A DNA stretch of 64,000 nucleotides from Candidatus Velthaea sp. (lineage in GTDB: Bacteria; Vulcanimicrobiota; Vulcanimicrobiia; Vulcanimicrobiales; Vulcanimicrobiaceae), in contig JBEKHC010000013.1 of assembly GCA_050012475.1 (NCBI GenBank), positions 1-64,000 on the forward strand, given 5' to 3'. Positions 50,575 to 62,258 of this stretch are shown here, in pieces (position 1 is the first letter of the stretch; every line of letters begins with the position of its first letter). The translations under genes were made by a program, and so were the position numbers. The notes beneath the pieces are model-generated. The model saw only the letters and a list, made by a program, of their open reading frames with translations, did not search any database and was not told where the DNA came from.

Positions 50575-51461
50575 GATCCGATCTCCGCGAGCGCGGCCTC
50601 GACCTGTTCGGGCGACGGCACTTTGTGATGCCAACTGACGCCGTCCTCCATGAACGACACGCCGCGCCCTTTGTGCGTATTCGCGATCACGCAGCGCGGC
50701 CGCGCGTCGCCGCGCGCCGACAGCGCGGCATACAGCGCGTCGTAATCATGACCGTCGATCGAAACGACGTCCCAGCCGAAGCTCGTCCATTTGTCGGCCA
50801 GCGGTTCGAGCGCGTTGGTTTCCTCGGTCTTCGCGCCCTGCTGCAGCCGGTTGCGGTCCACGACCGCAGTCAGGTTGGCCAGCTTCCCGTGCGCGGCGGC
50901 CATCGCCGCTTCCCAATTGCTGCCTTCTTGCAATTCGCCGTCGCCGAGCACGACGTACGTGCGCCAATCGGCCCGCGCGAGCTTGGCCGCCAGCGCGCAG
51001 CCCACGCCGACCGGCAGGCCGTGTCCGAGCGGACCGGTGTTCGATTCGACGCCCGGCACTTTGCGCCGGTTGGGATGGCCGTTGAGCCGCGACAGCGGTC
51101 CGGCAAAGGTCGGCAGCAGCGACTCGGGGATGAAGCCGGCCAGCGCCAGCGTCGAGTACAGCGACACCGCGCAGTGGCCTTTGCTCAGAATGAAGCGGTC
51201 GCGCTGCGGCCAGGCCGGATCGGCCGCGTCGTAGCGCAGCACGCTGAAAAATAGCGTGGTCAAAATGTCGGTGACGGAGAGATCGCCGCCGACGTGACCG
51301 ATCTTCGCGGTGCCGATCGTCGTGAGGACCGAGCGCCGGATGTGCGTGGCGGCTGCCGCCAGGCGCGCACGCCGTTCGGCCGGATCTTCATCCGGGCGGG
51401 GCCGGCCCGCGACGGGCTCCGGCACGATCGGGGTTAGCGGTGGATTCGGCACTGGCTGCAC
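50571..51461 (-). CDS. Transketolase N-terminal subunit (AptA-like)
   Basis: GHVGGDLS, ILSKGH, GDGELQEG, KGRGVSFME, WHH. Confidence 0.92.
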   Translation of the reverse strand: MQPVPNPPLTPIVPEPVAGRPRPDEDPAERRARLAAAATHIRRSVLTTIGTAKIGHVGGDLSVTDILTTLFFSVLRYDAADPAWPQRDRFILSKGHCAVSLYSTLALAGFIPESLLPTFAGPLSRLNGHPNRRKVPGVESNTGPLGHGLPVGVGCALAAKLARADWRTYVVLGDGELQEGSNWEAAMAAAHGKLANLTAVVDRNRLQQGAKTEETNALEPLADKWTSFGWDVVSIDGHDYDALYAALSARGDARPRCVIANTHKGRGVSFMEDGVSWHHKVPSPEQVEAALAEIGS

Positions 51462-51466
51462 CTCAA

Positions 51467-51478
51467 GAATATTTATTC
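51467..51478. promoter_or_regulatory. Secondary operator upstream of the transketolase
   Basis: GAATATTTATTC, one mismatch to the core of the 55962-55985 palindrome. Confidence 0.6.
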
Positions 51479-51558
51479 ACTACTGATTATTTAGTCCGCC
51501 GTAACCGTACGCCGTTCATCGCCCGCTGTCAATCATTTCTGCGGTGAGCGGGCGTACA

Positions 51559-52569
51559 TTAGGCGGCGATCTGCGCCTGCAGCGCCATTTTGCGCTGCAT
51601 TTGGCCCTGCAACTGATCGAGCACGACGGCTGCGATGATCACGCTGCCTTTGATGACCATCTGCCAAAACGAGCTGACGCCCAGCATCACCAAGCCGTCG
51701 CTGAGCACGCCGATCACGAACGCGCCGATGATCGTCCCGCCCACGCTGCCGCGGCCGCCGGCGAGCGACGTGCCGCCCAGCACCGCGGCAGCGATCGCAT
51801 TGAGCTCGAACGTTTCGCCGCTGGCCGGATGCGAGGCGACCAATTCGGACGCGACGACGAGCCCGGCGAAAGCCGCGCACAACCCGGAGATCGTGTACAC
51901 GATGATCTTGATGCGATCGATGCGCACGCCCGAGACGAGCGCCGCGCGCTCGTTACCGCCCACCGCGTAGACTTGGCGGCCGAACGGCGTGCGGGCCGCG
52001 ACGTATGCCGCCAACGCGCCGAATGCGATCAGCGCAACGATCGAAAACGGCACGCCGGCGATCGTGCCCGAACCCAGGAACGGAAAGCCTTCATTGCCGA
52101 GTTCGGGCCGGCCGACGAGATTGGGAAACGTTTGGCCGTCGGAGATGAGCAGCGCCGCGCCGCGCGCGATATACAGCGTGCCGAGCGTCGCGATGAACGG
52201 CGCTACGCGCAGCTTGGTGATGAGCACGCCGTTGAATACGCCGACGAGCGCGCCGACGAGCAGCGTGATGAGGATCGTTTCGACGACGTTGGGATAGATC
52301 GTGAGGTGCAGCGGCGAGATCCGCAAGCCGGCGTCGAGCAGTCCGCCGGCGACGATACCGCACAAGCCGACGATCGAGCCCACCGAGAGATCGATCCCCG
52401 CGGTGAGGATCACGAACGTCATGCCGATCGCGAGATAGGCGTTGATCGCGACGTGCTTGCCGACGATGAGCAGGCTGCCGACGGTGAGGAAATTCGGCGC
52501 CGTGATGCTGAAGAACGCGAACACCGCGATGAGCGCGATGACCGTCCGCAGCTTCATGATGAGCAGCAT
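51559..52569 (-). CDS. Sugar ABC permease (apiose/erythritol-type)
   Basis: GIDLSVGS, APFIATLG, FELNAIAAAVLGG. Confidence 0.93.
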   Translation of the reverse strand: MLLIMKLRTVIALIAVFAFFSITAPNFLTVGSLLIVGKHVAINAYLAIGMTFVILTAGIDLSVGSIVGLCGIVAGGLLDAGLRISPLHLTIYPNVVETILITLLVGALVGVFNGVLITKLRVAPFIATLGTLYIARGAALLISDGQTFPNLVGRPELGNEGFPFLGSGTIAGVPFSIVALIAFGALAAYVAARTPFGRQVYAVGGNERAALVSGVRIDRIKIIVYTISGLCAAFAGLVVASELVASHPASGETFELNAIAAAVLGGTSLAGGRGSVGGTIIGAFVIGVLSDGLVMLGVSSFWQMVIKGSVIIAAVVLDQLQGQMQRKMALQAQIAA

Positions 52570-52616
52570 GGGCGAATAGCGCCCTGCGGCCGGCCGGCGC
52601 AGGGCGCCCTGCGTGG

Positions 52617-54158
52617 CTATGATCCACCTGCCGTCGCCGCGTGGCGCGGATGCGACGCCAGCACGAGCGCGTCTTCGGTTGCCGCGGCGCGCGGAAAATC
52701 AGCGGTTATCGTGCCGCTGGCCATCACGACGATGCGATCGGCCACTGCCATCACCTCATGCAGATCGGACGTTGCAAATAGGACCGCGAGCCCGGCTTCG
52801 CCCAGGCGCCGCATCGTGCGGAACACTTCCGCTTTCGCTCCGACGTCGATGCCGCGGCCGGGTTCATCGAGCAGAATCGCTTTGGGCTCCGTAAGGAGCC
52901 CTTTGCCGATCACGACCTTCTGCTGGTTGCCGCCACTGAGCGCGGTGATCTCGACGTCGGGCGTCGACACCTTGATGTTGAGATTGCCGATGATATCGCG
53001 CACCGCTTTCTTTTCGCGCGGCATGTCGAGTGCGAAGTTGCGCACGAAGCGCCACAAGCTCGAAAGCGTCAGATTTTGCGCGACCGACAGCGGCCCGATG
53101 AGGCCCGCGCTCTGACGGTCTTCGGGCACCATCGCCAAGCCGTTCTTGATGCGCTGCGCGGTCGACTGACCGTCGAGCGATTTGCCTGCGAGCTTGAGCG
53201 AACCGGTCGCATCGGGCTGCAGGCCCATCAGACACTCGAAGAGCTCCGAGCGGCCCGCGCCCATGAGCCCGTAGATGCCGACGACTTCGCCGGCCCGCAC
53301 GGTCAACGAGACATGGTCGACCGCGAAGCCGCCTTTGGCGCTGGGCAGCGTGATGTTTTCAGCGACGAGAACCGGCGCTGCGTCGGCGTGCGAATCCGGC
53401 GCCGCCGCGACCGCGGCCATCGCGCCGACCATTTGGCCGACGATCCAGGGAATCGAAATGTCCGCCACCGCCGCGCGCGCCTGCACGCGCCCGTCGCGCA
53501 TCACCGTGATGTAATCGCCGATGACCATGATCTCGTCGAGCCGGTGCGAGATATAGATGATCGCGACGCCGGCCGCTTTGAGTTCGCGGATCACGCGAAA
53601 AAGTATTTCGACTTCGACGCTGCTCAGGGCCGACGTCGGTTCGTCCATGATCAGAATCCGCACGTCCTCGGCCAGCGCTTTGGCGATCTCCACGATTTGC
53701 TGCTGCCCGATGCGCAGATCGCCGACGAGCGTTTGCGGATCGATCGTCTGTTCGAGCCGGCGCATGAGTTCCGCCGCGCGCTCAGCCTGACGCCGGCCGT
53801 CGATGTCGATGCGGTAGCGCAACAGCGGCGCGCCGATGAAGATGTTCTCGGCGACGCTCAGATTCGGGCAGAGGTTCAGCTCTTGGTAGATGATGCCGAT
53901 GCCGTGGCCCGCCGCGTCGCGCACGGTGGGAAACGTAATCGGCTTGCCGTCGAGCAGCAGCTGTCCCGACGTCGGCTGCTCGACGCCGGCGAGAATCTTC
54001 ATCAGCGTCGATTTGCCGGCACCGTTTTCACCCACGAGCACGTTGACCGCGCCGCTGCGCACCTCGAAGCTCGCCTTGTCGAGCGCGACGGTGCCGGGAA
54101 ACACTTTGCTCACGTCGACCGCGGCCAGCACCACGGGATGGTCGGCGGCCGAGTTCAC
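52617..54158 (-). CDS. Sugar ABC transporter ATP-binding protein
   Basis: GENGAGKST, LSGGNQQK. Confidence 0.94.
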   Translation of the reverse strand: MNSAADHPVVLAAVDVSKVFPGTVALDKASFEVRSGAVNVLVGENGAGKSTLMKILAGVEQPTSGQLLLDGKPITFPTVRDAAGHGIGIIYQELNLCPNLSVAENIFIGAPLLRYRIDIDGRRQAERAAELMRRLEQTIDPQTLVGDLRIGQQQIVEIAKALAEDVRILIMDEPTSALSSVEVEILFRVIRELKAAGVAIIYISHRLDEIMVIGDYITVMRDGRVQARAAVADISIPWIVGQMVGAMAAVAAAPDSHADAAPVLVAENITLPSAKGGFAVDHVSLTVRAGEVVGIYGLMGAGRSELFECLMGLQPDATGSLKLAGKSLDGQSTAQRIKNGLAMVPEDRQSAGLIGPLSVAQNLTLSSLWRFVRNFALDMPREKKAVRDIIGNLNIKVSTPDVEITALSGGNQQKVVIGKGLLTEPKAILLDEPGRGIDVGAKAEVFRTMRRLGEAGLAVLFATSDLHEVMAVADRIVVMASGTITADFPRAAATEDALVLASHPRHAATAGGS

Positions 54159-54820
54159 TTCGCCGACACGCCTTGCGGACGCAGGCGTACCGCGGTGACG
54201 GTGATATCGCCGGTCATCGCGGGGTCGATCATGGCGCCGACGAACTCGACGGTCGAGCCGACGCGCGGCGGCGGTTCGAGGCCCGCGTGCGCGAGCGCGG
54301 CCGCGCGGTCGTTGAGCGCGCGCGAGACTTCCGCGTATTGAATCTGATTGACGAAGTCGCCGAACGCGATGAACGGCAGACTGTCGCGCACGGCGGTCCC
54401 GAAAATCACCGGTCCAACCTGCAGCGTGACCGCCAACGGGTGCGGCGAGCCGACGTCGACGACCATTTCGCCGTGGCGCGATCCGGTGCTCATCGATTTC
54501 ACCACGCCGCTTCCGCGCACGGCGAACGTCCACGGTGTCCCTTCGCCGCCCGCGTGCCGGCCGAATCGACTCCCGGCGGCATCTTTGTCTTTGGCCAACG
54601 CTTGCACGACTTTCGCGATCGGAAATGCATGTTCGTCGAAGAACGGTACGGCTTTGCGATCCCACAGCGTATCGACATAGATTTTTGCGTCAAAATTGTT
54701 GGGGTCGCTCGGATCGAGCGCTGCCTTATCGGAATCGCGCACGATCTTGCAGCCGCTCAAGCTCAGCGTCAGCGCCAGTCCGGCGCACAACGCGCTGCGG
54801 CGCGAGACAAAAAGAGCCAT
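54155..54820 (-). CDS. DUF2291 family lipoprotein
   Basis: Lipobox LSGC; QVGPVIFGTAVRD..FGDFVNQIQY. Confidence 0.88.
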   Translation of the reverse strand: MALFVSRRSALCAGLALTLSLSGCKIVRDSDKAALDPSDPNNFDAKIYVDTLWDRKAVPFFDEHAFPIAKVVQALAKDKDAAGSRFGRHAGGEGTPWTFAVRGSGVVKSMSTGSRHGEMVVDVGSPHPLAVTLQVGPVIFGTAVRDSLPFIAFGDFVNQIQYAEVSRALNDRAAALAHAGLEPPPRVGSTVEFVGAMIDPAMTGDITVTAVRLRPQGVSAK

Positions 54821-54893
54821 ACCGGGTGTCGCCGGATCGCCGTCCGGCCGTAACCCCAGCGGGCTGCGGCCGGATCCGCGCGATTCGTCCCTG

Positions 54894-55991
<1,098 letters not shown>

Positions 55992-56302
55992 CTATGCGTG
56001 TCCGGAATCTAGCACTCCGGCCGCTCGCTGTCAATCATGGGAGCCGCATTCTCGCCCGATTTTGGAAAGAAATTTTAGTCAGCCGTGCCGCCGAGCCGAC
56101 TGCGGAAGACGCCCGGGAAAATCGGCGATCTGCCGCCGCGAGAGTGTGCGTCGATCAACTCTCGCTGGCAATCGAGGCCGAAGGGCTACGCAAGCGCTAA
56201 AGAAACATCGCCAATCCGCGCCTTTCCAAGAGCAGACGGACGCGTGATCGAAGACGCGCAGCCGCCTAAGGAAAGACTAGACGGAAAAGGAATGATTCGA
56301 CC

Positions 56303-56857
56303 ATGCGAACGGTGCGCGAGATCGTGCTCCCCCAGACGAAGCCGGAGACCGAGTGGATCGGCGGTCGGCCGGCCCAGAAGGTGAGCCCGACCCGCAGACA
56401 CAGCATGCTGCAAGGCGCGTTTTATTCTGCGCTGAAGGCCTGGGCGAAGGCCGGCAATCGCGGCCAAGTCGGACCTGAGTGGCGCTTCCGCGCTTCACCA
56501 CCGGGCGAGGACGTTCATCCGCTGGTCCCTGATGTCGCCTTCATGTCGTTTGAGCGGTTGGTGGTGCTGGCGCCGCGAGACCGTGATACTCCGCCGACGG
56601 CGCCGGAGATCGTTGTCGAAATCCTGTCGCCTGACGACCGGCAAAAAGACGTCGACGAGAAGCGCCGCGTCTACTTCGCCTGGGGCGTCGTGCTCGAGCT
56701 CATCGCCGATCCGGAAAAACGAATGCTCGATGTCTACGATCGCGACGGTCGCCACGAGCGGGTCGACGCAACGCTCGAGACATACTCGCCCGCCATCTTT
56801 CCCGATTTGGCTTTGCCGCTGCGTGCAATGTTCGCCGAGTTGGACCTTCCGGAGTAG
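56303..56857 (+). CDS. Uma2 family PD-(D/E)XK endonuclease-like protein
   Basis: PDVAF, APEIVVEILSP, KRRVYFAWGV. Confidence 0.9.
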   Translation: MRTVREIVLPQTKPETEWIGGRPAQKVSPTRRHSMLQGAFYSALKAWAKAGNRGQVGPEWRFRASPPGEDVHPLVPDVAFMSFERLVVLAPRDRDTPPTAPEIVVEILSPDDRQKDVDEKRRVYFAWGVVLELIADPEKRMLDVYDRDGRHERVDATLETYSPAIFPDLALPLRAMFAELDLPE

Positions 56858-56887
56858 CGCGCGAAGCAGCAGAACACCACATCGCGC

Positions 56888-56927
56888 AAAAAAAGCCGAG
56901 CGTCGACCAGCCTGGTCGAAGCCGGCT
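56888..56927 (-). terminator. Rho-independent terminator after relA
   Basis: GC-rich hairpin (TCGACCA/TGGTCGA core) followed by T7 on the minus strand. Confidence 0.7.
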
Positions 56928-56946
56928 GGCGCGGCCGGCGACTCCG

Positions 56947-59118
56947 TCAGACCGAGGTGCTGACGCGCGCCTCGCGCTTGGTCACGCGGTACACTTCACG
57001 CACGTCTTTGAGGTGGCCGAACTTGCGCAGCAGCGTGTGCAGATGATCGAGATCGCTGATTTGCGCGGTGAGCGAGATGAGGGCGCTCTTGTCGCGCTTG
57101 ACGCGCGCGTTGACCGTGGAAACTTGGGTGTGCATCTCCGAACACACGCCCATCACGTCTTGCAGCAAACCGGCGCGATCGCCGGCTTCGATCTCGATGT
57201 CGACCGCGTGGGTGATCTCCGTCGCGTCGGCCCACTGCGCTTCGAGAATGCGCTCGGGCGCGCCGTTCATGTAGGCCACGTTGGGGCAGTCAGCCCGGTG
57301 CACGGAGACGCCGCGTCCGATCGTGACGAAACCCATGATCGGATCGCCCGGCACCGGGCTGCAACATTTCGAGAGCCGCACGAGCACGTCATCGACGCCC
57401 GCAATCCGGATCCCCGATTTGCTGCGCGCAATGCGGCGCGCCGGCACGGGCTTCGCGATCGCGGCGAAGTCGACGACGTTGTTGGTCTTGAGCTCGTCCT
57501 TGAGCCGCTGCACGACGTTGCTCGCGTTGACGTCGCCGAAGCCGATCGCCGCGAACAAGTCGGACACCGTCGTGTAATTGAGCCGCGCGGCGATCTTCTC
57601 AATCGCTTCGCCGCGCGCCGCATCCGCGCGCAGCGACTGGCGCGACAGTTCGGCCTCGACCGCCTCTTGTCCGAGGACCGCGTTCTCTTCTTTTTTCTCT
57701 TTGCGAAACCACTGCTTGATCTTGTGCTTCGCGCCCGACGTCTTGACGATCGACAGCCAATCCAGCGATGGCCGGCCGCTGGATTTGTTGAGCAAGATCT
57801 CGGCGATGTCGCCGTTCTTGAGCTGATAGTCGAGCGGAACGATCTTGCCGTTGACCTTCGCGCCCACGCAATGATTGCCGACGTTGGTGTGCACTTGATA
57901 GGCAAAATCGAGCGGCGTCGAGCCCGACGCCATCGAGAGCACGTCGCCCTTGGGCGAAAACACGAAGACCTGGTTCTCGAACAGATCGAGCTTGAGATTC
58001 TCCATGAACATGCGCGAGTCGCGCATGTCGTTCTGCCATTCCAGCAGCGAGCGCAGCCAGGTGAGCTTCTGCTCGAAGTTGTCGGTCCGGCTGCCCTCTT
58101 TGTAGCGCCAGTGCGCGGCGATGCCGTATTCCGAGGTGCGGTGCATCTCCAGCGTGCGGATCTGCACTTCGAGCGGATCGCCGCCCGGCCCGACCACCGT
58201 CGTGTGCAGCGACTGGTACATGTTGGGCTTGGGCATTGCGATGTAATCTTTGAAGCGGCCCGGCAGCGGCTTCCACAAACTGTGCACGACGCCCAAAGCA
58301 CCGTAACAATCCTTGACCGTGTCGACGATGACGCGCACGGCGGTCAGGTCGTAAATGGTCGAGAAATCGCGGCCTTTGGTCATCTTCTTGTGAATCGAGT
58401 AGAAATGCTTGGGCCGGCCGGTGACTTCGGCTTTGACTCCGGCGCGCTCGAACTGCGAAACGAGTTCGGAGATGACCCGGGTGACCGTCTCCTCGCGCTC
58501 GGTGCGCTTCTTGGCGACGCGCTCGGCGATATCGCGGTACGATTCGGGATCGAGGTAGCGCAGCGCGAGATCTTCGAGGTCCCACTTCATGCGCCAGATG
58601 CCCAGCCGGTGCGCGATCGGGGCGTAGATCTCGACCGTTTCCTTGGCAATCGCAAGCTGCTTGGAGGGCGGCAGCGAGGCCAGGGTCCGCATGTTGTGCA
58701 GGCGGTCGGCCAGCTTGATGATGATGACCCGGATGTCCTTGGCCATCGCCAGGAACATTTTGCGCAGGTTTTCGACCTGCGCATCTTCTTTGGACTGATA
58801 GGGGATTCGGGTCAACTTGGTCACGCCGTCGACGAGCGCGGCAATCTCCGGGCCGAAGCGATCGGCCACCTCCTCGCTGGTGACGACGGTATCCTCGACG
58901 ACGTCGTGCAGCAGCGCCGCAGCGATCGTTGCGCGATCCATTTCCAAATCGGCTAGGATGTCGGCTACCGCCAACGGGTGATGGACGTAGGGCTCGCCCG
59001 AGGCCCGCAGCTGCCCATCATGCGCCTTGTCGGCCACCGTGTAGACCGACAGCAGCCAGTCCCCATCGAGCGTGGGGTCGTATTGCTGGACTTTGGCGAT
59101 CAGATCGGCGATTGACAT
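56947..59118 (-). CDS. relA: Bifunctional (p)ppGpp synthetase/hydrolase (HD-SYNTH-TGS-ACT)
   Basis: LLHDVVED, KLADRLHN, RFKD, YQSLHT, TGS and ACT regions. Confidence 0.97.
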   Translation of the reverse strand: MSIADLIAKVQQYDPTLDGDWLLSVYTVADKAHDGQLRASGEPYVHHPLAVADILADLEMDRATIAAALLHDVVEDTVVTSEEVADRFGPEIAALVDGVTKLTRIPYQSKEDAQVENLRKMFLAMAKDIRVIIIKLADRLHNMRTLASLPPSKQLAIAKETVEIYAPIAHRLGIWRMKWDLEDLALRYLDPESYRDIAERVAKKRTEREETVTRVISELVSQFERAGVKAEVTGRPKHFYSIHKKMTKGRDFSTIYDLTAVRVIVDTVKDCYGALGVVHSLWKPLPGRFKDYIAMPKPNMYQSLHTTVVGPGGDPLEVQIRTLEMHRTSEYGIAAHWRYKEGSRTDNFEQKLTWLRSLLEWQNDMRDSRMFMENLKLDLFENQVFVFSPKGDVLSMASGSTPLDFAYQVHTNVGNHCVGAKVNGKIVPLDYQLKNGDIAEILLNKSSGRPSLDWLSIVKTSGAKHKIKQWFRKEKKEENAVLGQEAVEAELSRQSLRADAARGEAIEKIAARLNYTTVSDLFAAIGFGDVNASNVVQRLKDELKTNNVVDFAAIAKPVPARRIARSKSGIRIAGVDDVLVRLSKCCSPVPGDPIMGFVTIGRGVSVHRADCPNVAYMNGAPERILEAQWADATEITHAVDIEIEAGDRAGLLQDVMGVCSEMHTQVSTVNARVKRDKSALISLTAQISDLDHLHTLLRKFGHLKDVREVYRVTKREARVSTSV

Positions 59119-59225
59119 GCGGTGCGGCCTATCATAGTTCTAACACACGGCAACCGCCAACCGCTGCGGGCAAAGAAAACGTCAAAATAGCCGCCCGTGC
59201 GGTCGGACGGCTGGAAACCCACCGG

Positions 59226-59747
59226 TCAGTAGGTAATGAAAGCGGTGACGTCGACGCTCGGAAGGCGCGCGCGGCCGCCCAAGGCCGCCAATTCGATCAA
59301 TACGGCGACCCCGACCGGATCGGCGTTCAGTTTTCCCAACAAGCGAAGGGTCGCTGCGACCGTCCCGCCCGTGGCAAGCAGATCGTCCACGACGAGCACC
59401 CGCTGTCCCGCGCCCACCGCGTCGTCGTGGATCTCGAGCGAATTGGTCCCATATTCGAGCGCGTATTCTTCGGTATGCTTGGTGCCCGGCAGCTTGCCGG
59501 GCTTGCGCACCGGCACGAATCCCGCGTTCAAGGCATAGGCCAGGGGCGCACCGATCATGTAGCCGCGGGCTTCGATCCCGATCACGCAGTCGATTCTGGC
59601 GTCGCGATATTTGTCGACGAACAGGTCGATCATCGCCTTGAACCCGCCGGCATCCTTGAGCAGCGGGGTGATGTCGCGGAACAGAATTCCGGGGATTGGA
59701 AAATCGGGGATCTCTCGAATGAGAGCCTCAACGTTGGTGCTGGTCAC
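59226..59747 (-). CDS. apt: Adenine phosphoribosyltransferase
   Basis: PDFPIPGILFRD, VRKPGKLP, VVDDLLATGGT. Confidence 0.97.
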   Translation of the reverse strand: MTSTNVEALIREIPDFPIPGILFRDITPLLKDAGGFKAMIDLFVDKYRDARIDCVIGIEARGYMIGAPLAYALNAGFVPVRKPGKLPGTKHTEEYALEYGTNSLEIHDDAVGAGQRVLVVDDLLATGGTVAATLRLLGKLNADPVGVAVLIELAALGGRARLPSVDVTAFITY

Positions 59748-59854
59748 GGGCAAGGCCGTTCGCTTCGCCGCCGACGGAACCCCGCCGACGCGGCGCTTCG
59801 TTATGGTAGTACGAAACCTGGCATCGACCCGGCGGCGCCCAGAGGAGTGACGAA

Positions 59855-60154
59855 TTGAAGGCGAAGTTTTTCACGGCGAGTGCGCTTGCTGCGGCGGTCA
59901 CGCTGAGTTCGATGGCTCCGGCCTTTGCCGACGGCGCAGCGAGCACCCGAAACATTTTGATCGGCGGTGCGGCGGCGGCTTGGGGGCTCGTCAACTGGAG
60001 CAAAAAGCGGCACGTCAAGCAGGAAGAACTGCGCGAGCAGGCGCGCCGCCAAGCGCAATACCGCTCGTATTTCTACAACAAGTACGGCTACTACCCGAAC
60101 AACGATCAATTTCGCGATTGGTATTTTCGGACATACGGCGTGAACCCGTCATAA
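59855..60154 (+). CDS. Small secreted/membrane hypothetical protein
   Basis: RBS GAGGAG, signal peptide, Tyr-rich tail. Confidence 0.75.
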   Translation: MKAKFFTASALAAAVTLSSMAPAFADGAASTRNILIGGAAAAWGLVNWSKKRHVKQEELREQARRQAQYRSYFYNKYGYYPNNDQFRDWYFRTYGVNPS

Positions 60155-60191
60155 CCCCGACCCGTTCAGCGCCGAACCCGGAGGCTGACCG

Positions 60192-61103
60192 GTGAATCCG
60201 CCCGAGAGCCACTCACCGGTGAGCGGCTCTTTTTTTGCGCGTGACAATATCCGCACCGCGCTGGCCTCCCCCCGGCGGCGCTGGATCATTGCGCTCGCGC
60301 TTTCGATCGCCGTCAATGAGATCGCAATCGGTTTTTTGCGCTTGCCCGAAGCCGCGCCCGAGCTGCCGCCCGTCAAACCCATCCTCATCGCGCTCGAACG
60401 GCCGCGGCCGACTCCGCGACCGACCCCTCGTCCCACCCCCCGGCCGACGCCCAAGCCGACCCCGCCGCCCGTCGTCCACGTTCCGCCGCGGGCCACGATC
60501 GCTCCGGTGCCCCAGGTCGCCGCCGCCAAGGCCGCGGGGATCAAGGCGCCCGTGCACGGCGGCGCCGAATCAAAGCCGATCCACCACTTCAAGAATTTTG
60601 CCGTCTACCAACTGCTGGCCAAAAGCGCACTGGGACGCGCCGCCGGAGTCCGCGGCACGGGTGCCGGAACGGGGGTCGGGCCGGCAGCGGGCGGCGGCGC
60701 GAACGGGACGGGCGCGGGGAACGGTGAGGCCGGAACCGGGACCGGCGCCGTTAACGCCAACACACCGTGCGGAGAGGTGCTCTTCAACGTCCGCGGCGCA
60801 CCAGAGTACCACAACGGCGCGGCGACCGAACGCATCACGGCCACCGTGCAGTTTCCCGACGGCCACACCGAGACCGACACGTTCCCGTACACCTGGACGT
60901 ACCAGGACGGCGAACGCGACGACCCGTGGTCGTCGACGAATCTGGCCAACCACAACCTCACGGTCCGGCTGATCTTCCCGCCGCCGGGAACGGATACGAC
61001 GTCGTATCCGCCGCTCATCAAATACATCCTCGACCATTCACGCGCGAACGGAACGACGGTGCTCGAAGATTGTCCGAATCAAACGCCGCTGCCGACGCAC
61101 TAA
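60192..61103 (+). CDS. TonB-like Pro-rich membrane-anchored protein (start uncertain, overlaps terminator)
   Basis: TM anchor, (PRPT)n linker, Gly-rich segment. Confidence 0.65.
   Translation: MNPPESHSPVSGSFFARDNIRTALASPRRRWIIALALSIAVNEIAIGFLRLPEAAPELPPVKPILIALERPRPTPRPTPRPTPRPTPKPTPPPVVHVPPRATIAPVPQVAAAKAAGIKAPVHGGAESKPIHHFKNFAVYQLLAKSALGRAAGVRGTGAGTGVGPAAGGGANGTGAGNGEAGTGTGAVNANTPCGEVLFNVRGAPEYHNGAATERITATVQFPDGHTETDTFPYTWTYQDGERDDPWSSTNLANHNLTVRLIFPPPGTDTTSYPPLIKYILDHSRANGTTVLEDCPNQTPLPTH
60205..60236 (+). terminator. Rho-independent terminator
   Basis: AGAGCC-ACTCAC..GTGAG-CGGCTCT followed by a T-run. Confidence 0.7.
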
Positions 61104-61105
61104 CG

Positions 61106-62149
61106 CTGCGCCTCGCGGTCGACGCGCGTGACCTTGTCAGCGACCGGCGGGGCATCGGGACGTACGTGCGCGCGCTCGTGTCACGCTTCGCGCAGCGCGA
61201 CGACGTCGCATTGACGCTGCTCGTGCGGCATCCGTTGCCGATGTCCATGCTGCCGGCGCTGCGCGCCGCCATCGGCGTTTCGCGCGCGCGGCGAATTCGC
61301 TGCGCGAACCGCGTGCCGCGCGACGTCGACGTCGTCTGGCATCCTTGGAACGGAACGTTTTTCGCCGGCTCGATTCCGGCGGTCGCGACGATCCACGACC
61401 TCATCCCGTTTGCGTTGCCCGCGCCCGACGCGCAGCGGCGCGCTTCGGAGCAGGAGCCGATCCGGCGAACCGCCGCGACGGCTCGCGCGATCGTATGCGA
61501 CTCGGCGTTCACGGCGAGAGATGTCGCGCGCTATCTCGACGTCGCGCCGCATCGTTTGCACCGGGTTCCGCTGGGCGTCGATCCGGTCTTCTCGCCCGGC
61601 GAGCCCGACGCGCTGCCGCCCGCGCTGCGCAACCGGCGCTACGTGCTGTATGTCGGTGCGCACGACCCGCACAAGAACGTCGGCACGCTCATCGCGGGAC
61701 ACCGGCGGGCCTTCCCCGGCGGCGAGGTCGCGCTGGCATTCACCCGCTCCAACCCGCTCGCGCCCGAAGCCGTGGTGTGCGACAACGTCTCGGTCGCGAC
61801 GCTCGTCGCGCTCTACCGCGGCGCGACGGCCGTCGCGATTCCCTCGCTGTACGAAGGTTTCGGGCTGCCGCTGATCGAGGCCCAGGCCTGCGGCGCCCCG
61901 GTGGCGGCGGCGCGCGCGACCGCACTGCCGGAAACCGGCGGCGACGCCGCGCTTTATGTCGACGAGCCGCGCGACCCGGGGGCGTGGGAACGCGCGCTGC
62001 GCGAGATCACCACGAACGCCGCGCTCCGCACCGCGCTCGTGCGGGCCGGGCCGGTACATGCCGCAACGTTTACCTGGGAAACGTGCGCGCAGCGGACGTT
62101 AGCAATCCTCAGCGCAACCGCCGGCCGTTCGCTGTTCGCTGCGACATGA
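61106..62149 (+). CDS. GT4 glycosyltransferase (start approximate)
   Basis: RGIGTY, TIHDL, PSLYEGFGLPLIEA. Confidence 0.9.
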   Translation: MRLAVDARDLVSDRRGIGTYVRALVSRFAQRDDVALTLLVRHPLPMSMLPALRAAIGVSRARRIRCANRVPRDVDVVWHPWNGTFFAGSIPAVATIHDLIPFALPAPDAQRRASEQEPIRRTAATARAIVCDSAFTARDVARYLDVAPHRLHRVPLGVDPVFSPGEPDALPPALRNRRYVLYVGAHDPHKNVGTLIAGHRRAFPGGEVALAFTRSNPLAPEAVVCDNVSVATLVALYRGATAVAIPSLYEGFGLPLIEAQACGAPVAAARATALPETGGDAALYVDEPRDPGAWERALREITTNAALRTALVRAGPVHAATFTWETCAQRTLAILSATAGRSLFAAT

Positions 62150-62258
62150 TCCGCCGCACCCGAAGCGAACGGCAGTCAACCGTGATTCGAACCGGCGCCG
62201 ACGCGCTGCTGCCGACGGCGGCGGCCCGCGCGCCGTCGATCGGGATCGGGACCGCGGC

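Noticed and set aside
56303..56857. Uma2 as a restriction or defence gene
   Set aside because: Common multicopy family, solitary here with no methylase
60400..60470. 12-bp repeat encoding PRPT
   Set aside because: Ordinary Pro-rich linker within a TonB-like protein
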